A stretch of 63,220 bases of DNA, filler included, from Welwitschia mirabilis (taxonomy: Eukaryota): NCBI GenBank assembly GCA_051453625.1. It is 3 parts of one record of this genome, joined end to end, with 100 filler letters (N's around TTAATTAATTAA, not from the genome) between each part and the next. Parts side by side here need not be neighbours in the genome. Positions count along the whole stretch, not along the records: positions 1 to 16,922 come from JBOZIK010000001.1; 2 more parts are not named here. One strand, written 5' to 3'. The notes beneath the pieces are model-generated. The model ran no database searches, was not told where the DNA came from, and saw only the letters and a program-made list of their open reading frames with translations. Both the position numbers and the translations under genes were made by a program. Each line of letters starts with the position of its first letter. Positions within the stretch are counted from its first letter, which is position 1. Shown here piece after piece: positions 1 through 14,067 of the stretch.

Positions 1-3000
1 TGTTTTAATAAGATCTAAATAAGATTTGATTCTATGTTCTATTATGTATGTTAGTTAATAGTGCTTTAAAAAATTATGATTAATTAGGATAATTAAAATC
101 AGGTTGTCACAAGTACCCTTCCATCTCCTCCTTCTATGTGACTACAACACATATGCTATAGAAACTACCAACACTAGTAGCTTATGCCATGCGCTTGATA
201 ACTTAGGCATCTCGATAATGCACATGGTTGTTAGACTCCACAACAAGGCCATTCTGTTCGACTACATAAACATCGACTCTCCAACATCTTCCTTCGCCCT
301 AAGGCTGCATGTCATTATCGTTCTTCAATGGTGCATGAGACTAAACTATCACACACTTGAATATGATATAAGATTGGAATGCTTCACCCATTGATACTTA
401 TATCAGATAACTAGTGATTAGCAGCAACCTCATTGCTAATGGCACTGGTGGATATGGCCTTGGCCACCACTCTGTCCTCACCCTCAAGAACTGCACTTCC
501 TACAACTAGTTTAAGGTGTCCAATTTCCTTACAGTGTGTCACTAGTATGCCATTAATAATATTCTATCGCTAAATCCTTCATTGTTGTCAAGGGACACTG
601 ACAACACAACTACGAGTTTGTTTCGAAGTGACGCAAAGAACTGCTTAATGTAGCATATGCACTTCTATTTTTGAAAATCATTATGGATCCCTTAAAGCAC
701 ATTCGATGTTACCCTTAATCACTGTCCTACCTTCCACTGTGCATGATAGATGACGTCTTCTGTAGCCGTTATCACAAAATGACATTTTATAATGCCAGGC
801 TTATTTGCTTTCAAAAAGCTCTAATCCTGATGCCTCAGCATTTCCATGGCCTCAACCATTATCAATTATGAGTTCAGAATACCTTAGGCAGTCTAATTAG
901 TTATATTACATAGTCTTTTCTCTTCAAAACTGAGAGCAAATGGTAAGAAAATAATGGGAAAGCACTACATTATTTTCTTCTCTTCTTTTCATTATATATA
1001 TTGTCATCTGCCCATAGAGTATTTGGTTAAGAAAATTACTTAATTTAACTATTGAGGATCGAATTCAAATTTCATTTTCATTCTGTTCTTTGAGGGTTGT
1101 TTCTTGTAACTGCATTAACTTCATTGATTCTATAATTGGACAAAGGTATTTTATTTTCGAGAATTGCTTTCTGTTTTGTATCAATTGGAGTGCTTATCAA
1201 ATAGGGAATTGCAAAGATCTCATTTTGAAAGGTCAAGGTTTCATAACTTATCTGAAGTAATGACAAGAAAATCAAGGTATTGAAACTGCCTTTCAATTTT
1301 ATTATCGTTATGAGCGTTATTTATTTGAAAAATTTAATGGATCCATTGCTTAAAACTATTAGGTATAATAATATGAGTCATTTTGGAAGCTAAAGGTGAA
1401 GTGGTTTATCAAATTCTATTACTTCACATAGTTCTTGAATAGGAAAATTCCTCCATGTTTCTTAGCAGAAACCAATGCACTTATTTTATGCCTAGCCTAT
1501 TATATCAATCCATTCCATGCATAATTGCTTTTGCTAATGTAAAATCTAGGCTAGTTAACATCTATTACATTTACCAAACTAGTATCTTTAGAAGTAGTAG
1601 TAACAGTAGATCCTCCCTTCTCCTATGAAAGTTTCAAGGCATGATCTCATTCGTTCTTTCATGCTTGCATTCCAAAGATTTTTTGCATCAGATATAGAAT
1701 GATACTATCCTCTAAAAGCACTATTTAAGGGTGAACTTGCAATTAGCCTTAGTGTCGATGAAGAAAAGAGGGAATTCATCACTAGATTTGAATGAGTAGA
1801 ATCAAAAATTTCTAAATTATATGGTTTCACACGCGTTACCAACAAATCCTTCATTACTCTCTTACTCAAGAGGGATTGAGTAACTTATCCTATTTTTAAA
1901 GCAAATGTATCCCTTTATATACATTATTGAAATTTTCTCTAAGTGATTATCAAATGTATTAGTATGCAAATCTATGAGCTTTACTAAAATCTTATAAGTT
2001 TCTTAATTCCTCTAATACGGTAGGATTTCTGGAATGCCTTTAAGTTTATTTTAAAGATTTTTTTGTAAATTTNNNNNNNNNNNNNNNNNNNNNNNNNNNN
2101 NNNNNNNNNNNNNNNNNNNNNNNNNNNNNNNNNNNNNNNNNNNNNNNNNNNNNNNNNNNNNNNNNNNNNNNNNNNNNNNNNNNNNNNNNNNNNNNNNNNN
2201 NNNNNNNNNNNNNNNNNNNNNNNNNNNNNNNNNNNNNNNNNNNNNNNNNNNNNNNNNNNNNNNNNNNNNNNNNNNNNNNNNNNNNNNNNNNNNNNNNNNN
2301 NNNNNNNNNNNNNNNNNNNNNNNNNNNNNNNNNNNNNNNNNNNNNNNNNNNNNNNNNNNNNNNNNNNNNNNNNNNNNNNNNNNNNNNNNNNNNNNNNNNN
2401 NNNNNNNNNNNNNNNNNNNNNNNNNNNNNNNNNNNNNNNNNNNNNNNNNNNNNNNNNNNNNNNNNNNNNNNNNNNNNNNNNNNNNNNNNNNNNNNNNNNN
2501 NNNNNNNNNNNNNNNNNNNNNNNNNNNNNNNNNNNNNNNNNNNNNNNNNNNNNNNNNNNNNNNNNNNNNNNNNNNNNNNNNNNNNNNNNNNNNNNNNNNN
2601 NNNNNNNNNNNNNNNNNNNNNNNNNNNNNNNNNNNNNNNNNNNNNNNNNNNNNNNNNNNNNNNNNNNNNNNNNNNNNNNNNNNNNNNNNNNNNNNNNNNN
2701 NNNNNNNNNNNNNNNNNNNNNNNNNNNNNNNNNNNNNNNNNNNNNNNNNNNNNNNNNNNNNNNNNNNNNNNNNNNNNNNNNNNNNNNNNNNNNNNNNNNN
2801 NNNNNNNNNNNNNNNNNNNNNNNNNNNNNNNNNNNNNNNNNNNNNNNNNNNNNNNNNNNNNNNNNNNNNNNNNNNNNNNNNNNNNNNNNNGTAAATTTTA
2901 TAAGTAGAAAAGATCTCTCAGAATTGAGGATTTAGGTCCCCTCAAGAAGGAATCAATTAATATTATTATTAGATTTTGGGTTATTATGGGATCCCATTAG

Positions 3001-6000
3001 TTTTCTTTCTTTTACTTACAATTCAGTCAAAGAAGCATAAAGGAGAGAGTTAAGGTTAATAATGCAGTCACATAAAGCATTCCATCTTTAATGTAAAGAT
3101 TCCATCTACAAAAGTTGACCTTAGATCCAAGACAAGTGGAAAATTTCAGGGTTATAATTAATCAACTATTAAGGAAAGTAGTAACTACTATAGCTAAGAA
3201 GAAAAAAAGAAAGTAAATGCCCACTTATGGACATGTGTGTCTAGCTATTGAACATGTTCCTAGATATGGTATAAATATGGTAATGCTATGATGTGTTGTG
3301 CTTTCTTTAAAAATCTCCATTTCATTTTAAAGGCCTTATGTAAAATAATTTATCAGCTTAAAAGGTTTAATTCATGGAGTTAACATGGTAAAAGTTGTGT
3401 TTTTGTTCTAGATCATTTTTTAAAGTAAGTATTCCAGACTCAATGTCTTTAGGTGCAAAGTAGTATGCTTGTTAGGAAAAGTGTGATAACTTAGAGTCTC
3501 CATTCATATCATCTCTTTTGGTACTCGAAAAAGTACAAACCAAATCATTTAGTGCTTTCTTTCTTAGCATAACATAGTCCTCTTTCTTGTCATTTACAAG
3601 TTTGGCACTCTTTCTCTCACCATCTACATGATCTATATGCTCCTCAAACCTATACGTTTATCATTTTAGAACCTAAAAAATAATAAAGTTCTCTAAACTC
3701 ACCCTATATGAATGAAGTCAAAAGTCAAATAATAGCATCCTCCTGTCTCATAGCTTGATGTTTTCCTTCTGTAGATTTGTAGTCATGAATTTCATGTTTG
3801 ATGAAGTTTATTTTTATCTCTTTAACATCCATCCTTTAGCAAATCTTCAGCTTCTGGAAGGTTTTTTTTAGTATATAAGACCTATGTGTCATGGCAGTGC
3901 ATCGTAGTAATCTAATGATATTTTTGTTATTAAATAATTTTCATTTCCCCTAGCTATTCACAAAGTGAATCAAGGCAGAATATCTCCTTACTCTCATTAA
4001 AACAATTGTTCAATTATTGTTCAAACCTTCATGCCTTGTTTTCATGTCTACTAAAGCTATGAATTTTATTTTATTTTTATTCAAGCAAAATACTTTCATG
4101 AGATATGGTCTACTTCTTCTTGTTTGAGCTTTCAAAACTTGTACTTACAGTTCACTATGCTCTGATCATCCTTTATAATACTATCTTCAATAATGAAATG
4201 TAGTTGATGTCTATGTTGTGGTATTAGTTTTAAATATGCTTTTGTAATTTATAGTTAAGGATTTGAAATAGCTTAACCCAAGTAAGAAAATTTAGCAATT
4301 AAGATTCTTGGAAATCTACCTCTCTTGATAAAGTGCATTTAGAAATTTCATAGTTAAAATGCTTTAGTACATTAGTTATCAAGAAAAATTAAAAAAGGAG
4401 GAGGTATGTAGTTTAAATCTCAAAAATATTTTTTTTTAAAAAACTTGGCCTATTTTTATTTTTACATTGGGATATTCATAGGATTTCTTAGGTATATATA
4501 GATATTAGTCAAATGCACAAATCATATTATTAGCTATACTATAGTAGAATAACATACATGAGAAGTAATCCTTAACTATAATCATAACTTCAATGTCTTA
4601 CTAGTTATGCTTCTTAGTTAATAATATATGCATTAGTTCTCCTTTTAATAGTCTAGGAGGGATAATTAACTAATTAACATCTTTCATTTTGGTGATTTAA
4701 AATATCCTTATACTTGTTGCCACTTAAATGACACAGACCATCAATTATTGTATATAACTTTTGCAATTGACTTCTATTAAGATCCTCTAATTATACTTAG
4801 CACTTTAGATATGTTTGCATTAATTGATTCTCTTTTAATATTCTATCCTTTTCATTTTGGATGGTTATGAAATCTCTTCAACATCACTTAGCTAACATAG
4901 ATGATTAATCACTGTATGAGAGTTCTACATTGACTTCTTATCAGAATCATTTTCTTCTTTTAATACGATTTTATCTATTAAATTGATTTCTTGACTATTC
5001 TTCAAACAAAATAACAAAGTTTAATTTCTTCTTTAATCAAAATGCCATGTCATCTCTAGATGCTAGAGCCATTTGGAAAATGCTTTTAACATTAACTTTC
5101 TAGAACCTTAGCTAAAAGCTTGCTACTCAGCTTTATTTAAAGTTTTAAATGAATTATTTAATTTATCTCAGAGAGCTAACTCATATAGGTAGTCTATTAA
5201 GCTTAACATCCTTCAATTATCTAAGCATGGATTATGACTTTATGTCTTTTAGACACTTTAGTTTCTAATTAACTTACAAAATTTATCTAAGTTCTTTATA
5301 AGGCATATTTATTCAGAAATCTAGATTTCTATTGTTAGATTATCTACTAAATTTCATGACAAATTAAAAAATCCAATCATTTCAAGTTACTTAGTACATG
5401 TCTTATTGCTTTCCCTTTATCAAAAAGTAGACAGATATGTTATTAAGCTTTTTTGCTTAGCATACATTGCATGCTATATTGTACATATTAATCTTTGAAC
5501 TGAAAACTCAACTAAATTATATAATTAGAAGTGTCAAAGAGGCATTAAAAGAAGCACACAACAAAAAGTGTAGAGTGGAAGAGACTTACAATTTATGAAC
5601 TAAAGCTTGAGAGGTTTCTACATCTGTAGAGATGAGTATCATAATTTAGAGTATGAGATTGTTGTGTTGCATATTTAATTCATAGTTTGGGATTTAACAG
5701 TACAATCTTATTTTTTATTTTACTCAAAGCAAGAAGGTCATTGAGACATTTGACTTATGAAATTAAATGGTTTTCAACCACCTATAAGCATATTCAACTA
5801 AAATGCAAATTTGAAGTTTGATCAATTAAAGTATTAGGTCAGAATAAAGCTATACTTAAAAGGAAGATAAATTTAATATTATTAGTACAACAATTAGGAT
5901 AGAGAGAAGAAGAAGCTACTTGGAAATACAAACTAGATGTACTGTAGTAAAGAACTAAGCTTTCTTTTTAAGTTTCAAAGACAAAACTTTTTAAGGAATG

Positions 6001-6006
6001 GATAAA
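1..6006 (+). mobile_element. Highly degenerate Ty3/gypsy chromovirus (Tekay/Del-like) internal region, preceded by a probable LTR end (...GGTTGTCACA at 111)
   Basis: Decayed pol motifs read in gypsy order: RT-like (ACTTTCATGAGATATGGT, about TFMRYG, near 4090), RNase H (GACACAGACCAT, TDH, near 4735), integrase remnants at about 5200-5450, and the chromodomain motif EEEATW (GAAGAAGAAGCTACTTGG, about 5906-5923). It ends in TTTCAAAGACAAAACTTTTTAAGGAATGGATAAA|TGTCA, a decayed form of the typical chromovirus end (TTCGAGGACGAAAC...AAGGGGGGAGAA|TGT). No intact ORF remains. Confidence 0.7.
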
Positions 6007-7960
6007 TGTCATGTCTAGACTTTTAAAGGTCCAAATATTCAGCTTTAAAAACTAAATAAAAGTAATTTTGATCATTATAAAGCCCACAAAGCTAATTTAG
6101 TTATTGTATTTATTCCTCTTATTATTGAGACGTAATTATATTATAGAAAATCTTTTACTGCAACTATTATTTTAAGCCATTTTTATTTTGCAATAGCCAT
6201 AATATTATTTTTGTTGTAAACCCTTGGTAATTTAATTATGATCTTTAGTAGTTAAATTAGTAGCTATGTTAATGGCTAAGTTAGTGGCTAAAGTAGTTAT
6301 ATTAGTGGTTAAATTAGTGGTCAAATGAATGATTAGTTAAGTTAATGATTACATTAATGGTCAAATTAGTGGTTAAGTTAGTGGTTATATTAGTGGTTAT
6401 GTTACTGACTAGATTAGTAGCTAAGTTAGTGGTTAAATTAATAATTTTTTAATATAATTATTGCACTTTTCTTTATTAAACATGGAAAATATTTTTATGT
6501 GGTTTTTGGAAATTACTTGTTAAGTGGCTTATTTTAATTCTTCACTATAATAATTGTAATTAGTGACATTTTAAGCATTATTACTTATTGTTATGATATT
6601 AATGCACCTAGTGGTCGGCCAAGGTAATACTAACAGTTATGAGATTTCCACCACTTTCTTTTTATGATGGCATTTCTTCATGTCCTCGTGTGTTTTCACA
6701 TCCCTATATCTTCTCACTATAAATAGGAATTCCTCCTTCTATTATTATATATCTTAAGAAACTCTCTGTAATTGGATCTTAAAGATTCATACTTTGGAGC
6801 TTAGGAGTCTTTAGAGTTTTCAGAAGTTCACAAGTCCTCATCCTAATTTGTTATGATTCATGGTCTTTCATTTATTTTCTTGTATGGTTCTTGGCGTAAT
6901 TTATTCTCTTGTATGATTTTTATTTCTTACATCTTGAATGGTCTTTATCTTTGAATGTTTTCACCCTTTATTTAATTCCTATATGGTTTGTTCTTGCATA
7001 TTATTTGGAGTTTGCATGATCTGTTCTTATTACGTAGACCTTGCATCACGGTTCTCTTAGGATCTTTACATCGCAAACCCTTACCCATCTTGATTTAAGC
7101 ATGTGTCTAGCTTGTTGTGGATTATGACTTATTTAACCATCAACCTTGGCTTGAAGATTTTTATATAAGAGAATTAAAACTAGCTAGGATAATCAGTTGT
7201 TCAAACTTCAGGGAGTGATACTCTATGAAGGGGTCTCGAGGCTGTGGAACCAAACCTCTAGGAAGAATAGGAAAAACGTAACCCAATTACCATTTATCCC
7301 TTCTAGTTATGTGCATCTAGATTACTGTAATGTGATACGAAATAATAGTAAAAGAAGATAATTTATATGAGGTCTTGGTCACATTTTGATTTTTCTTGTG
7401 AATTCTATCTTGTGCTTGAGAGCCCCATATCTATACCTTGTCATGGGCCATATTAGGAACTAGGGAGGTTACAGTTCTCATACCATGCTTGCATGTGTAG
7501 GAAATGCTATAAGAGATGATGCAGAGAGGAGTTAATTACATGCTAGATGTCATTTATGTGCTTCCTTATGTTGAAGGACTTATGTATTACTAAGTTGTTG
7601 ATTAATATGATGTCATCTTCATGTTTTTATTTAGTTGCACATGCTTCATTTAAGGATCTTAGATGTCCTAATAAAGTGTGATATTCATGTGAACATGGTT
7701 ATTGTACTTAGAATTATTTGCATTGTATTTATCTTCTTTTTTATCGGTTACAAGTGTTTATTACTCTTCTTTAATGCAAAATTCTTTATCTTATTCATAT
7801 GTTAGGAAATATGAATTAAGTAGTAGGTATTACTATTATCATATATTGATCATTGAAATTTTCAAGTGAATGTTTACCTTATGGTTAAGTTTTATAGATA
7901 TCAATTGGGAAGTTAAAATTCAAGTTAAAATTTTAGGATGTAGATTTTCTGGGCATTACA
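6007..7960 (+). repeat. 3' LTR (about 1.95 kb) of the chromovirus relic
   Basis: Starts TGTCA immediately after the decayed PPT, has a TATA box (CTATAAATAGG) at about 6717, and ends GGGCATTACA at 7951-7960, a typical gypsy LTR terminus. The right end is inferred from motif only. Confidence 0.6.
6245..6440. repeat. Degenerate 12-bp tandem repeat (consensus about TTAGTGGTTAAR) in the U3 of the LTR
   Basis: Directly visible: ttagtagttaaa, ttagtggctaaa, ttagtggttaaa, ttagtggtcaaa, ttagtggttaag, ttagtggttata and others, roughly 15 units. Confidence 0.85.
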
Positions 7961-7999
7961 AATAAGTAGATGGTTATTGTAATTAGCCATTCTAGCCTA

Positions 8000-8960
8000 C
8001 ATGAAAAGTCGTTACTCTACTTACATATAGTATTTGGTCTTTTAATAAGCTTATTAGGATGATTTTAATTCCAATAAGTAAATGAGATTCTACAATTTTG
8101 GTGGGAGAGCTCCTATGAAGTTATTTAGAAGTTCTTCTGGGTCTCAATGTATTTGATATTTAGTAAGTCTTTAGAAATCCTCCCATTGTTCATTGAGGTT
8201 TTTTCTACCTAATAATAGACAATTGAATTACATCCTATTATCTTGAATAAAATAATTTGGAACAAAACCTTTTTGGAAGTCTTCTATAAAATCAGACTAA
8301 TGGACTTAATCATTTTATAATGCACTAAGGTGATTCCATCATGTTGTGGCTTCTCTAATTAAGAACATAGTTGCATATCTGCTCTATAGTTCATGCTGTA
8401 TGTTTTTTAGTTTGAAATGGTTCTTGATATATTCTAGTCATTTCAAACCTTCTTCATAAGATTCAAAGGCAATGATAGATATCCAGATTTATACCTTTTT
8501 GACATATTCAATTAAATCAAGATCTTGCATTCTATGAAGAATGGTTACTTATGATGACTGAGGAACTTGATCTTTGCATTAAGCCATCCATTTGTGTACA
8601 TTTGTTGGAGGTAAGTGGTTTTATAACATATACTAATGGATCTTACTAAGTTAGCATTTAGGTCAAAGTTTGCTCTAGGGAAAGTACCTTGCTAATTGAT
8701 CTATTTTCTCATTCTTAGCCTGAAAAGTAAGTTCAATGTGGGATTGTATTATATGTATGCTTTGCTCCAATGGTCGTCCTTCTAAAACCTTTAAAATTGA
8801 TTCTAATTCATCATTAGTTTTTCTTTGGAGGCTTCTACAGTGGCATGGTTAGTTTTCAAACAAGTGTAACTTTCATCAAGTCTTTGCTCTAAAGGCATTG
8901 ATGTGAGTATTTATATGATCTTCCATAAGCTGTCAACATAATATTTGCTCATGTGTCATT
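8000..8960 (+). mobile_element. Possible very decayed LINE 3' fragment (RNase H-like)
   Basis: TATACTAATGGATCT (YTNGS, resembling the TDGS start of the plant LINE RNase H domain) near 8630, with weak downstream similarity. No ORF. Confidence 0.25.
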
Positions 8961-9571
8961 TGCTCTTTACCCCTTGCTTGACCTTTTTATTATTTAAATT
9001 TTCATTAGTTTTAAAATTTATAATTATCAAAATAGTTATTTTAGTTACTAACTAATTAGGAATTATCTATTTGATATTATGATTGCTTACATAATAAGTT
9101 CACTTCATAATTACAATTACTTATCCTTTTAATCGTAATTTTTTTCCTATAGATTCTACTACAGTGGATAGCACTTGATTGTTCGAATCCAGATGCTCCC
9201 TTATGTTCCAAACTGATGCATTTAGTCTCTTGACTGATGAGATGGCTTCCATGGGATCTATGAATTGTCTAGTACTTGTTAACATTGTGTTAAGATCAAA
9301 TCAACATCATATCAGTCGTTACTTCAACATCACTTTTCTATCACATCAATAGTACTTAAAGACTTCTTGATTTCTCTTTATAAATAAAAGTGTGGAAGGG
9401 TTTATTTCTTTTATTGATTCACTTGTTTTCTTGGCTTTTTGCTCTAGGTAATTCCTTCTCTTGATTTTTTCTTTTATGATTTATTGGTTACTTCTCTTTT
9501 GTCTTTTCCTCTTTTATTCATTTTTTTCCCTTTATGTGTTTATAGGCTTATCGCTTTTTCTTTAGATTAAA

Positions 9572-10647
9572 ATGTGCCATCATATTCATTTTCAAGGTAT
9601 ACCTCCTAAATCCTTCCTTAATATTTGTTGCTCTACTTATAACCTTAGGTTTGCGAATGAAGAAGTTTGTGATTTGTTAATCCAAGAAGAATTTGGTTGG
9701 GTTTTGAGTTCAAATATGTTAAAGCTTTTCTTATTTCTACACTTCCATTTTTGCCTCTGAAAAGTTTACATGATTTTAGATTCTATTTATGCTTTTTATG
9801 ATAGTAAGGCTCATATCTTTTATCACCCTAAACTTGGATTCGTGCTTATTACTCCTCAATTCATCAAGACAATTTCGTCTTATCCAATGAAACTCTTAGA
9901 CCCATGAAGTTTTCCACTTATGAATTACAGTTTTTGAATTTTTCTAAGGCCACATTCTTCGATTTTATAAATAGTAAACTTCATCGCCATGGGTACCCTA
10001 AGATATCTTTAAAAACTATTTTGATTTCTTATTACACAGCTCTTGGGCTTTTAATTACTTGTTGGGGATTTTTCATCTTTGATCTTCTAAAATTCTAGAA
10101 TATGTTCTTTACATCTTATCCATGGCTCTAGATGGAAAGTTTCCTTTAAATAGGGCTATAATATTTATTCAAAGCTAATTTCTTAGCTTGATAGGATAAC
10201 ACACGACTCTGATAGTGGTATTTTTAACTTGGGGGAAGGAGGGACATTATTTTCTAATTATATTTTGCCTTTTATGTTAGTGCATCTTTTATGAATTGTA
10301 GACAACTTCACCTTCCTTCTAATATTGTCATGTCTCTAGCCTCTCTCCCTCATCTCGATCTTGATGGGACCACTCCTCATTCTAATAAAAAGGATGACCT
10401 TGTTGATTCCTCCATTAGTACGATATTTTTAATAGGGTATTGGTTTTCATATGACTGTACTTTCATGCTAAAGTTATGTATTTTGGTGGCCAATTTATTG
10501 CTTTCATAGATGGACAAATAAGAAGAATCTTCTTTTGGGATTTATCAATCACAACGGAAGGGAAAGCCCCCTCCTTTACCTACTTCTTCTCATGTTTCCA
10601 TCCCGTTAGATGAAGAAGAACAAGAGCATAGTTTTCCTTTGATTATC
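9572..10647 (+). pseudogene. Disrupted TE accessory ORF (putative plant transposon protein / LTR extra-ORF-like)
   Basis: TATAAATAAA at about 9378 and a pyrimidine-rich leader precede the ATG at 9572. Broken reading frames include ...EEFGW... and LDSIYAFYDS, resembling the GW...(V)xEFYxN signature of LTR-element extra ORFs. Inference only. Confidence 0.3.
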
Positions 10648-10709
10648 NNNNNNNNNNNNNNNNNNNNNNNNNNNNNNNNNNNNNNNNNNNNNNNNNNNNN
10701 NNNNNNNNN

Positions 10710-12078
10710 TCTAATGGTTGGTAGTACATTCCACTTTCTTTTGCTTTTCAGGGTCCCTTGAAGCTCCCTTCACTAATTCCTAGTTACAAAAAAGGGATGT
10801 GAATAACTATAAAACATTTGCTCAAGGGGCAATCCTTCTTATCTTACTTAGAAATTCCATCATCAATTAAATGCAAGAGAGATCATCCTGATGGTGTGAT
10901 TGATGTTGACTCCTTTTGGTAGGTGGTTGACTTTTTTTCAAATCCTTCTTTTGGTTCTTAAGGTTTTGTGGCCCCCCACTTGGTGTTTGGCCTTTTGCTC
11001 TATTCACTACTTTGCATCCTCCTACTACTCCTGCGATACCATTAGTGCCTTTTAGTTTGAATATCAATAAGTCTCTTCCTACATTGGTTTCTAGATTGAT
11101 GCTAAAGATTCAAGTGCTACCTACTTGAATTGATTAAGAAGAGCAATTAGAAGGGATGATTGTCAAATAGGCCACAGAGCATCCTCATAAGGAGGATGCT
11201 TTTATTTTCTAGAATCAGCAAGATTATAACTTCGAGGAAGATTTCTAGCACACAAGGTTAGGTATCTTTTCTCTGCACTATCCTAGGAATAATAGTTGGA
11301 ACCCTATCTAACTGAGCTTTAAACTCCTCATTAATAAGCTTGAGGCAATTCATTATATGGCTCGTCACAAGATGTGTTAACTTGAGTCTTTAGATGTTTG
11401 CGTTTACTTATCGGAAATCATTTTCGTTTCTTTGCTGATTCTTATGAGCGGCTCTTTTTCTTGATCTAAGTTATTTCTTGATCTTTTTGTAAGATAAGTT
11501 GGACTCTTTTAGATTGAAGAATCAAGCCCTTCAACATAAGCAAGCATAAACTAAGGCGACACTTGTGACTTTAGGTCCACTTATGACTTTAGGTCATAAA
11601 GATGCACAAAATGATCATTTGAAGCGAGTATTGCATCCCTCTCTAGAAAGGCTTGTGGTGGCCAGTGAGGACTTATGTGCCTTCTATCACTGATGTTGCA
11701 ATTTAAAGAAGCATTTGGTCACTTCTTTAAAATGTATTGTTGCTTTTCTCAATCATTATTATAGCTGATGGAGGGGACATTCTTTCAAATCCACTTGACC
11801 CTTCTCTAGGAGTTACTTCCTCCCATGCAGCTATCTGTAGGGATGAGCCTTGATATATGAGTGGCCTCTTCTTCCTATATTGGTTTCCGATTGTATGCTA
11901 TTCCTTCTATTTTTCTTGTGCTATCTTTATTTCTACTCTCCTTTTATAGTTTCTTTGTCTTTAATGAAAGATCAGATGTTTTATTTGTGGAATTGGTCTT
12001 TTCTTCTTTTCTTCTTTTCCTTGGTTTTGGAATCATTAAAAGATAGCGATTTACTATCAATATGGCTCCAATACCAAT
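10710..12078 (-). mobile_element. Ty3/gypsy internal fragment: tRNA-Met PBS, decayed gag and start of protease
   Basis: The minus strand reads LTR end ...GGGTCCTCACA-AT-TGGTATTGGAGCC (PBS, 12064-12076; consensus TGGTATCAGAGCC). It continues into K/R-rich gag-like coding remnants (ORF 10867-11067) and a protease-like ...TATTCACATCCCTTTTTT segment near 10790. Confidence 0.6.
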
Positions 12079-14067
12079 TGTGAGGACCCGAATTCACATT
12101 GAAAGGACTTACGTCACCTATAATCAGAATAAAGGATTTTAACAGAATCAAAAGGAATTTGTGAATGCACAACATCTTAATTGAAAAGAAAAAAATCACA
12201 CTTTATTCATCATTGATAAAATGAAACCTTGCTATGTTAAACACAAGGCTTGGGAGAGTTGACCGAACAAGTCATTGTGCCTTCGAGGTCCATTTTCTAG
12301 AACCACTAGGGCTAGGCCATCTTGTCAAGGACATCAGAGATAACTCTTCATACTAAATGTAATTAATTATGTAAGGGTTATACCCCTTGAACAAAAAACA
12401 CATTCTTTAACAAACTTAATAATTGTCATTAATGATAATGAACATAATGTACTCTTTCTCCGGGGAAAAAGGGATCGTAACACAAATTGCACGTGCTGCT
12501 TTTCAGTGATTCTCTTCCTGTGTATGTAGGTGCTAAGTTGGAAGGGTTGGTTTGCTGTTTTTTGTTTTTCAAGATAAAAAAAAAAAGAGGAAAATCACAG
12601 GCGCAGTTCTAGCCCTTTAGTTTCTGCTCTAAGATGCGCATCTGAGGCGGTGATGGTGCTCTCGGAGCTGCAGCAGGAGCCAACAATGCTAATGAACTAG
12701 CAAAGCTGCGGTGAAAGTCGTTTCGAATTTTTGAAGCGTAAAGCCACAATGTGAAAGCCAACAACCTTAGCTCGAGGGCCTTCTCTATTGGATCAAGGTG
12801 AGTCGTTACCTGCGGTGTTCCACAAGGCCTGAGAGTAATGCAGGAAATAAACAAGGTAACCAAGAAGCAGCTGAAGGAACAAAGTTTCTCTCTCTGGTTT
12901 TCACTGTCTCAGCCTGAAAACACGGCTTTAACCCCTGAGATNNNNNNNNNNGAGGCTGTTGTAATCGCTGCAGACGCACTCCTGAGAGAATGCAGCATTT
13001 TCGTTGCTGTGGCAAATAAGTTGCTTCTTCTTTAATGGCAAGCACTCTTGCAAGAAAAACGACAGACCCTCGGTTGTGGAGACACTGGTGGCAATAGCGT
13101 CCAATGCAGCGAAGGCAGGAGCGGCTGGCAGCAGCAGCAGGAGGCGCGAGGGCCGCGCAGGTGGAAAGCCCGCAAGGAATGTGGAGGCGCGGATGCTAGG
13201 ACTGTGGAAGCACGCAAAACACAGTAGAGTAACGTGGTGCAGAGATGGTAGAGTAGATCAAGCGAAGGCGTGGAAGCGGACCGCAGACAGCACAGGCAGG
13301 CCGTGAGCGGAAACATAGGCGGCGGAGAACCGCGTAAGTAGTGGGACACCGACATAGGTCGGTGGATGGCAGCGGGTGAGCTCGGCGGTAGCATGGCAGT
13401 GGAAGCTCACAGGCAGCAGTGGAGCGAAGGCAGGCGGAGCGTGGGGAACAAGGGGGGTGGCCTAGCGTCAGCGGCGGGGGAGCCTGGTGCGGTAGACCTG
13501 AACCCCTACCACAAAAAAAAAAAAAAAAAAAGAAAAAATTATTTTGTATTTTTAAAAACATATTGATATTTGTTTAAACAATAAATATGTTTCCTTTTTA
13601 AAAAGTCTAGATTTCCTTAGAAAAGAAAACCCTAAAAAATGCCTTTTAAAAAAAGTATGCATCTTTAAAAATAAGATGTGTAATTTGCCAAGCAAGGCCC
13701 TTTTCCAAAAAAATTGAATTTTCCTTTTAAAAAACCTTTTAAAAAAAGGAAAAAACAAAAAAGAGGCAAAACAAGAAGGTTAGGAGGGAGAAAGAAAGGG
13801 CCAAAACAAAAGCCCTTGAAGAGGGCCCAAAAAAAACTCCAAGGAGGTCATAAGAATCTCCAGAGCTTGAGGGTGGTCAAAGAGAGTTCTACAAGATCTC
13901 CTCCAAAGCTCTTATACTACTAGTTGGGAAATAGAAGAGCAAGAATCGCGAGGAAGATTTGCCAAAATCAAAAATTTATTTTTCCAAAATATTTTCCGTC
14001 TTTTATTATAAAGAAGAGTTTTTTTTAAAAAGGCAAGCACACCATGAGGATTTCACTAGGATTTACA
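12079..14067 (-). repeat. Probable LTR (about 2 kb) with a GC/CpG-rich core at about 12480-13510
   Basis: The left boundary is fixed by the adjacent PBS. The right boundary is tentative: minus-strand GAGGGGACG|TGTAAATCC at 14067-14076 looks like a PPT followed by a TG start. Confidence 0.5.

Noticed and set aside
6245..6440. Interstitial telomeric repeat
   Set aside because: The period is 12 bp, not the 7-bp TTTAGGG.
1..7960. One intact element bounded by paired LTRs (1-111 and 6007-7960)
   Set aside because: The sequence before 111 does not visibly match the sequence before 7960, and no clear PBS follows 111, so pairing cannot be claimed.
13004..13923. Overlapping 65-121 aa ORFs in the GC-rich and A-rich LTR segments
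   Set aside because: Low-complexity, present on both strands, with no recognisable domain; expected from composition.
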